Program-made: the position numbers and the translations under genes
Shown here: positions 6,472 to 12,083 of the stretch, in pieces
How positions within the stretch are numbered: the stretch's first letter is position 1
Layout: each line of letters starts with the position of its first letter
The notes under the pieces: generated by a model
What the model was told of the DNA's origin: nothing
The model's database searches: none
Seen by the model: the letters and a program-made list of their open reading frames with translations, nothing else
Source: Candidatus Hadarchaeota archaeon
GTDB lineage: Archaea; CAYQAE01; CAYVLA01
Direction of reading: 5' to 3'
Assembly: GCA_964621445.1 (NCBI GenBank)
Contig: CAZUNO010000048.1
Coordinates: 1 to 12,083 of the forward strand
DNA: 12,083 bases

Positions 6472-9400
6472 TCATCTCCTACCGAATTTCCTGAAGAAGA
6501 CCACGAGCCCGCCGATGATGATCAGGATGATCAGTAGCGAGGTGTAGCCGGTGGCACTTCCTCGCTCCACGGATACCCTCAGAGCGATATCCTCGGTTTC
6601 GATCTCGTCCGATTGTGCACCGACTGAAACCAAGTAATCCCCTCTAGGCGTCGTGCTGGGCGGTATCAGGTCCAATTTGATCGTCTCCCTTCCACCGGGC
6701 GTGATCTCCGTGATCTTCAGCGGAGAGTACTCGGCGCCCCAGTCCTCGGGGGTGACCAGGGAGAACTGAACGTTGGTCACGACCGTGTTTCCGGGGTTCT
6801 CCACGGCGATCTCGACTGAGGTTTCATGGCCCGCTTTGGATTCCAGGTATAAGTTCCCTACCACTATCTCCAGGTCGGGTGTCGGATCCATGGTGAGCTG
6901 AACGGGAACCGTCTCGATCTCGCCGGTTGCCTCCGACTCGATCGTGACCGCAATACCGGCCTCGCCCCTTTCCAGCAAGGGGGTGGTAACGCTGAGTGTA
7001 GGCCTCGCCGTTTGCCCCGGTTCAAGCTGGATCACCCTAACCACGGAGTCGCCGACACTGAATCTCGCATTCCAGCTTGCCGAGGCGTTTGTGCTCAATA
7101 AGTAAGTGTCCTCCATCTTTCCCTCGTTCTTGAGGCTCAGCGTGAATTTCGCCTGTTCCCCGGCCACCACAGCCTGGGAGGGATAATCCGCGTATGCCTC
7201 AAGGACGTACTCCGCAGTGGTTTTCTCTAAGATCATTTTCAGGTGCGTGCTTACGTTGCTGGAATCGGGCACTTGCTCCCCGTAGTAGGAGTAGCTGGCG
7301 ACCATTTCGAGGTCATATTCGCCTGCCGAGGCATTAGTATCGGTTTCCAGAACCAGGCTGATCCTTGACTTGGATCCCCCGTCGAGGATGAAGTGCGTTG
7401 CCTTCTCCCCGTCCACTCTAATCTCGAACTCCGCGGGAATAGCTATTGCGGGCACGACCTCCAGCCAGAATTCAACTGGTTGGTCGGCGGGGTTGCTAAG
7501 ATCCAGGTCGAACTGGAGGGATTCGCCGGTCTCAGAGGTCTTCTCGGGGTAGAAACATGAAAGATCTGGTTGCTGGCTTTGCGCGACATCCAACAGCAGT
7601 TCATCCTTCCCGCGGGATTGTCCGGAGGATGCGGTTGCCGCCAGACTTATGGTGTGGGTTCCAGATTCGTGGGAAGGGGGAATCACACAGACGGTTAAGT
7701 CCTTCTTTTCGCTCGGTGAGAGCATAGTGGATGTGGCGAGGGAGTTCCCGATCCTGAGACTCGAATCCCACCCGTCGGGGAGAGACAGCTCCAGTTCATA
7801 CTCGTCCTCCAGTTTCCCGGTGTTGGTGAGCGAGAAGACGAAGCAGGCCTCTTGCCCCGCGGAGATGGCTTGGCGCGTGATCCTGGTCGAGACCTCCACG
7901 CCGTGAAGTGGTTCGTCGGTCGTTATATCAAGCTCGAGAGGCAATCTGGTCGCAGCCTCCTTCCCATCGGAACCCATCCAGGAAGCTTCCAGCATCAGGT
8001 CGTAGAGACCCGCCGCGGCCCCAGCCGCAGTCTCGATGCTGAGTTTCACCATTGCGGCCGCCCCCGGCTCAATAGTCACGGTCTGGGCGGGCATGCTATT
8101 CAAGGTCAACGAGGCGTCCTCTATTATCTGATCCGGGAGGTCGAAGCCAAAACGGAAGTCTCTCTCGGCCATCAGTTGGTTCCGAAGGTTGGCCTCGAAC
8201 TCCACCTGCTGACCAGCTTCGACTGTCATCCTCGGGTACGCGGTGGATATCTCGACCGCCTCCTCAGGAGCCATAATCTCCAGCGTCAGTCCCAACATCA
8301 GGGCGTCATCCTCAATCCAGGGCGATGAGTAAGGGATACTCACCGTCCACTTTAACAACTGGGCTCTTGCATTAGCATCAATCTCCGCGGTCACCGTTAT
8401 CTTGGCTGTGTTTCCGGCGTTGATATGGAACCGGGTGCCCGTTTCTCCATCAACCGATAGCTCGGTCTCAAGCGGGGAACCCGAGGGCGGCTGGGCTTCA
8501 GGTGCTATCTCGAGTTCGCCGGGCCCCGGATTATGGAGCAGCAGATCGAACCAAACCGTTTCGCCTGGGGCGACTTTCTTCTCAGAACAAGGAGTTGATA
8601 GAATGGGCAATTCGGGGGGCAATATCTCTAGCTGCAGGGCGATCTGACTCGATTTCGATCCGCTGCTCACGGCTTTCAGCACAAGGGTCCTCCGGCCGGT
8701 GAATCTCGAAGGTGGGTCTATTTCGAGATTCAGATCCTCCTTCTGGCCCGGTTCCAAGGTTATGGTGGTTACTCTGCCACCGGTTTGGGTGATGAATGTC
8801 CCATCCCATTCCGGTGGCCCCTGGAGTATAAGCAGGAAATCGTCCTCGACCTTTCCCGAGTTCTCGATCGTGATCGGGTACCGGATTTGCTCTCCGGCAT
8901 CGACGATGAGTTCGGTGCTCGACACTTGGATCTCGGGCAGGTAGGCCTCGTGGTCACCGGTGATATCCAAGGAGAAGACGTATGAGACTTGCGAATTGGC
9001 GAATTCAATCAACAGCGGCAGCCGATAGGTCCCAGCGTACGCGGTCGGGGAGGTCTCGAGAATGAGCCGAACCTTGGTCTGTTCATCCGGCTGGAGCACG
9101 ACCATGGACGTCGATTGTCCCCCCATTATCAGGCTCGACCCTTCGGCGATTCCCTCGGGCAAAAGGACGCTAGCGAGGAACGCCGTAGCCGAGTCAAGCT
9201 GGTTCTTGAGATCGGCCTCGAATTCGATTGTTTCACCTGCCTCAGCTGCCTTCCTGGGGTATGCCACCGTCAGCTCGGCCCTTGTTGAGTCCTGCTCGAG
9301 ATGAAGGGAAAGGTCTAAAATGGACTGAACGCCCGATATATGCGAAACCGGGGCCGAGATCGGGACATCCAGCTGGCCCTCTATCTTCAGTAACAGCGGA

Positions 9401-10020
9401 TAGAGCCCCGATGCAGCCTGCTGGGACGGGGTTAACGAGAGCGAGAGGGGGATGGCCTCCAGGGACGCCGCGTGCCAAGATCCAACGACTTCTAACCCTG
9501 CGGAGTATATCGCCATGTCTAGCTCCTCTGAGATGGAAGAGGGTTCGAATTCGAACAGGAAGGCCTGGCTAGCGGGGTTCTGGACCGTGAGGCTCAAGGA
9601 AGCTGTTCCGCCCGTGCTGTGAAGGTCGAGCCACCCCGCATCAACCACGTCGGCCAAGTCCCAATCTGCAGTTAGCCTCCCCACGGCATAAAAGCAACCT
9701 GCCTCGTCGACGCCTTCGGAGAGGAGGGTCAGGTTGAAGATGGCCTGGTCGTATCTGCGGAGGGAGTGCCGGGATTCGTTGAGGAGCCAGCTTTCTAGGA
9801 GGATCTTATCACTTCCACTGGCTTGGATGACGTTCAGCCTGCTGGGAAAATCAGCGGTTCCTCGCCAGTAGACGAGCTGATAGTACCCGATTGAAAGCGA
9901 GTCGCCCTCATAAACCCTGAAATTGACCGTGTTAGAGCTGCAGAGTACAGGTGATAGGCTGATGGTGAGAATTAGCCCCAAGCCTATGATGCATCCGGAT
10001 GACGTGCCGCCGCTTTGCAT
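6472..10020 (-). CDS. Large surface protein with eight Ig-like (COG1470, NEW3/NPCBM-associated-type) repeats and C-terminal membrane anchor
   Basis: Hydrophobic N-terminal signal. Repeated ~110-aa units with YP...AGE...F...L-x-N-x-G, L-x-PG and G-x-Y motifs. Last unit (VENPGNTVVTNV...PEDW...ITPGG...PRGDYLVSVGA) is NEW3-like. C-terminal TM LLIILIIIGGLVVFF plus RKFGRR. Confidence 0.9.
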   Translation of the reverse strand: MQSGGTSSGCIIGLGLILTISLSPVLCSSNTVNFRVYEGDSLSIGYYQLVYWRGTADFPSRLNVIQASGSDKILLESWLLNESRHSLRRYDQAIFNLTLLSEGVDEAGCFYAVGRLTADWDLADVVDAGWLDLHSTGGTASLSLTVQNPASQAFLFEFEPSSISEELDMAIYSAGLEVVGSWHAASLEAIPLSLSLTPSQQAASGLYPLLLKIEGQLDVPISAPVSHISGVQSILDLSLHLEQDSTRAELTVAYPRKAAEAGETIEFEADLKNQLDSATAFLASVLLPEGIAEGSSLIMGGQSTSMVVLQPDEQTKVRLILETSPTAYAGTYRLPLLIEFANSQVSYVFSLDITGDHEAYLPEIQVSSTELIVDAGEQIRYPITIENSGKVEDDFLLILQGPPEWDGTFITQTGGRVTTITLEPGQKEDLNLEIDPPSRFTGRRTLVLKAVSSGSKSSQIALQLEILPPELPILSTPCSEKKVAPGETVWFDLLLHNPGPGELEIAPEAQPPSGSPLETELSVDGETGTRFHINAGNTAKITVTAEIDANARAQLLKWTVSIPYSSPWIEDDALMLGLTLEIMAPEEAVEISTAYPRMTVEAGQQVEFEANLRNQLMAERDFRFGFDLPDQIIEDASLTLNSMPAQTVTIEPGAAAMVKLSIETAAGAAAGLYDLMLEASWMGSDGKEAATRLPLELDITTDEPLHGVEVSTRITRQAISAGQEACFVFSLTNTGKLEDEYELELSLPDGWDSSLRIGNSLATSTMLSPSEKKDLTVCVIPPSHESGTHTISLAATASSGQSRGKDELLLDVAQSQQPDLSCFYPEKTSETGESLQFDLDLSNPADQPVEFWLEVVPAIAIPAEFEIRVDGEKATHFILDGGSKSRISLVLETDTNASAGEYDLEMVASYSYYGEQVPDSSNVSTHLKMILEKTTAEYVLEAYADYPSQAVVAGEQAKFTLSLKNEGKMEDTYLLSTNASASWNARFSVGDSVVRVIQLEPGQTARPTLSVTTPLLERGEAGIAVTIESEATGEIETVPVQLTMDPTPDLEIVVGNLYLESKAGHETSVEIAVENPGNTVVTNVQFSLVTPEDWGAEYSPLKITEITPGGRETIKLDLIPPSTTPRGDYLVSVGAQSDEIETEDIALRVSVERGSATGYTSLLIILIIIGGLVVFFRKFGRR

Positions 10021-10028
10021 TAAATACG

Positions 10029-11438
10029 CTAGGGGTAACTAAATTTAAAAATGTTACGTAGCATTATAGTAGAAAGTAAACCTGCACGTAACTTACCTTC
10101 AGGTGGTGAAAACCTGCTAAATCTGCTAGATTTCCGCATACCCGCCGGAGCCTTGAAAGGGCTTGGCCCTTCTGACCGGTTGGCGCGTTCACGTGTTCCA
10201 GAGAAGAGAGCTGGTCGGGCCTCCGGATGGGCAGTTGCGATCTTGGTCCTGATAGCAGCTAACCGCTCCGGCATCTCCGTGGGCGACTCCAAGCCTGATT
10301 CAAGGATTGTGAGACCGTTCGGATGGGCAAGTTGTAGCTGACCATAAAACGGAGGTAACATGCTTATCCTCTGCAGACTCTCTGCAATTCCTGCCGGCGC
10401 CAAGATTGAAAAGAGCACGACCATCATGGCCGCGGAAGTCCAGACCATGCGTTTGAGGTTTCTCGGTTCTGGCGTGGTCCCCGATGCGGCCTTCATCCTC
10501 TCCTCGGGGGAAGGATGATGAGAGGTGAAGGTCGAGCTATATGCGAGGTCCGAGAAAGACGCCACGATACCGCCGCCGGGCGCCGACCTTCTCCCGGATG
10601 CCATATTGAGGCCCTTTACCAGGGACTCACCCTCTCCCAACAGCTGCATCGCGCCGCGGTCGGCCGCGAATTCGCGTTCTCTGGTAACCTCCCCGGCGGC
10701 GATGAGGACGAAGGGGTTGTAGAAAGATGCAATTCTTAGCCAGTTCACAAGCAGGTGAATGTGGTTGTCCCTCCCTTTCAGGTGGGCTATCTCATGGGCT
10801 GTGACTGCATCCAGCTCCTCTTGGTCGGCGGTCATCAGGAGCCCCGTTGAGAACGTCAGGCAGGTCGAACTGCCGGATCCAGTCGCGAAAGCCTGGGGCC
10901 TGAGGTCCTCGACCAGGAAGACCCTTGGGATCGGGATCCCCGCCTTCTCGGCGAGCCGTTTGACTATCCTGTCCAGCTCCGGGATCTCACCTTCACCTAT
11001 CGGTATTGTGCCCCGGGTTCTTTGGACAACCTTCTTCCCGAGGATCTGCAGTAAGGCTACCAAGGCAGTTGCAGCTCCCATCCCCAATACCAGCAGAATA
11101 CCTGAGAATTCGGCGATCAGTGCAAAGAGCCTGATCTCGAACCTGATGAAATTGAGCAGGGTCCAGGCATTTAGGTACGCGGTTGGGTGGAAGGATATGT
11201 TGATCTGCCTCCCCAATAACCAGGCTAGCCTTTCCGCCCTTATGTTCAATGCCGAGAGATCCGGCCTTATCCATACTAGAAGAACCAGGGGAAAAAACAT
11301 TGGTGATACGGCAAGGAGGCTACGAGACCGGGGCGACGTAGCCACTTTGTGCCGGACGATTCTGGAGGCGAGCCACATTCCGCCGGTTCCGATTAGGGAA
11401 TAGGTCAGGTAAGTCAGAGATGAGGATGCGTCCAGCAT
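10029..11438 (-). CDS. M56/M48-family zinc metallopeptidase (BlaR1/HtpX-like membrane protease)
   Basis: N-terminal TMs, PQAFATG, STGLL, ELDAVTAHEIAH (HEXXH), EREFAADR (third Zn ligand) and TSHHPSPEER. A further TM and a ~115-aa tail follow. It lies directly downstream of a BlaI-family gene. Confidence 0.92.
   Translation of the reverse strand: MLDASSSLTYLTYSLIGTGGMWLASRIVRHKVATSPRSRSLLAVSPMFFPLVLLVWIRPDLSALNIRAERLAWLLGRQINISFHPTAYLNAWTLLNFIRFEIRLFALIAEFSGILLVLGMGAATALVALLQILGKKVVQRTRGTIPIGEGEIPELDRIVKRLAEKAGIPIPRVFLVEDLRPQAFATGSGSSTCLTFSTGLLMTADQEELDAVTAHEIAHLKGRDNHIHLLVNWLRIASFYNPFVLIAAGEVTREREFAADRGAMQLLGEGESLVKGLNMASGRRSAPGGGIVASFSDLAYSSTFTSHHPSPEERMKAASGTTPEPRNLKRMVWTSAAMMVVLFSILAPAGIAESLQRISMLPPFYGQLQLAHPNGLTILESGLESPTEMPERLAAIRTKIATAHPEARPALFSGTRERANRSEGPSPFKAPAGMRKSSRFSRFSPPEGKLRAGLLSTIMLRNIFKFSYP
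10041..10072 (-). promoter_or_regulatory. Putative internal promoter (TATA plus candidate operator) for the surface-protein/ABC genes, inside the peptidase 3' end
   Basis: Minus strand CTACTATAATGCTAC-GTAACA-TTTTTAAATTT. The TATA-like tract is about 21-31 nt upstream of ATG 10020, in a sharply AT-rich island. Confidence 0.6.
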
Positions 11439-11488
11439 TGAATTGCCCGCCCTGGGACCTGAGTACCCCAGTTACAGTGAACTAGGGC

Positions 11489-11528
11489 TGGAACGTTAGA
11501 TATGTTGTGCGTGGAACGAAGTGGAACG
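11489..11528. repeat. Three TGGAACG direct repeats between repressor and peptidase genes
   Basis: TGGAACG at 11489, 11512 and 11522. The last two are GTGGAACG with a 10-bp period. Confidence 0.55.
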
Positions 11529-11530
11529 GT

Positions 11531-11995
11531 TCAAAGGTCCCTCTGATCTTCCCCGCCTTTCGCCCTCTTGAGATATTTCCGTAGTTCTTTTTCGCCTATT
11601 TGCATCTCATCGATGAAGCTGGAGGTAAGGAGATCCCTCCTGAAGTTCCTCCCCAGGCTGGACAGCACGTCCCTTATCGTCTTCTTCTCCATTTCGCCTT
11701 TGGTCATGGTGGTGTTGTACATGTAGAGGAGGCCGCCCTTACCCTTCTCCACAGTCCTGGTAAACAAACCCTTCTTGTGGAGCGAGGTCATGGTGGTCAT
11801 AACGGTGGTGTATGCGATCTTCCTGTCCTTCCTGAGCTCCTCGAACACATCCCTTACGGAGAACGCCCTGTCCCCGAACTTCCAGGCGACCTGCATTATG
11901 TCCGACTCCAAGGGGCCGAGGACTGTTCCCGTTTCGTCTTCGGCCTCGATCTTGTACTTGGTTGGCTTGAAGTTGGTCTTCGACAAGGCTATCAC
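11531..11995 (-). CDS. BlaI/MecI/CopY family winged-helix transcriptional regulator
   Basis: LGPLESDIMQVAW, SVRDVFEEL, IAYTTVMTTMTSLHKKGL and wing GLLYMY, with C-terminal dimerisation helices. Start is GTG 11995 or TTG 11986 (uncertain). Confidence 0.93.
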   Translation of the reverse strand: MIALSKTNFKPTKYKIEAEDETGTVLGPLESDIMQVAWKFGDRAFSVRDVFEELRKDRKIAYTTVMTTMTSLHKKGLFTRTVEKGKGGLLYMYNTTMTKGEMEKKTIRDVLSSLGRNFRRDLLTSSFIDEMQIGEKELRKYLKRAKGGEDQRDL

Positions 11996-12004
11996 AACAC
12001 CTGT

Positions 12005-12040
12005 GTACCGTTATAGTAGCAACGCTTAAGTATTTTGCCT
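12005..12040 (-). promoter_or_regulatory. Putative BRE/TATA promoter and candidate operator of the blaI-like gene
   Basis: Minus strand AGGCAAAATACTTAAG-CGTTG-CTACTATAACGGTAC: purine-rich BRE-like tract, TATA-like ACTTAAG, then the 15-mer shared with 10058-10072. Confidence 0.55.
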
Positions 12041-12083
12041 TTGACCCTCAACCCCCAAGGATATTGAGAAGTGACCATACAGG

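Noticed and set aside
10759-11403. 214-aa plus-strand ORF
   Set aside because: Fully antisense to the motif-bearing peptidase and Ser/Ala/Ile-rich like a typical shadow ORF. The same applies to the other short antisense and alternate-frame ORFs in the track.
10029-11995. Beta-lactam resistance or copper (CopY) locus
   Set aside because: No beta-lactamase, PBP sensor domain, copper ATPase or Cys metal motif in the regulator is present.

Overview
Probably archaeal DNA (TATA-like boxes about 25 nt upstream of several starts, a COG1750-like Lon-type protease, an archaeal-style CinA). It is dominated by one tightly packed minus-strand cluster of seven genes (11995->2500): BlaI/MecI/CopY-family repressor -> HEXXH M56/M48 membrane metallopeptidase -> 1182-aa surface protein with eight Ig-like (COG1470/NEW3-type) repeats and a C-terminal membrane anchor -> ABC ATPase -> ABC-2-type permease -> AN1 zinc-finger membrane protein -> membrane-anchored ATP-independent S16 (Lon-like) Ser-Lys protease. 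A near-identical 15-bp motif sits at the blaI-like promoter and at an internal promoter buried in the 3' end of the peptidase gene, suggesting a proteolysis-controlled envelope-stress or surface-remodelling regulon. Downstream lie a 3'-truncated cinA-like gene, a secreted C-terminally anchored hypothetical protein with its own palindrome-bearing promoter, and a possibly disrupted plus-strand ORF at the left edge. No RNA genes, CRISPR arrays or mobile elements were recognised.
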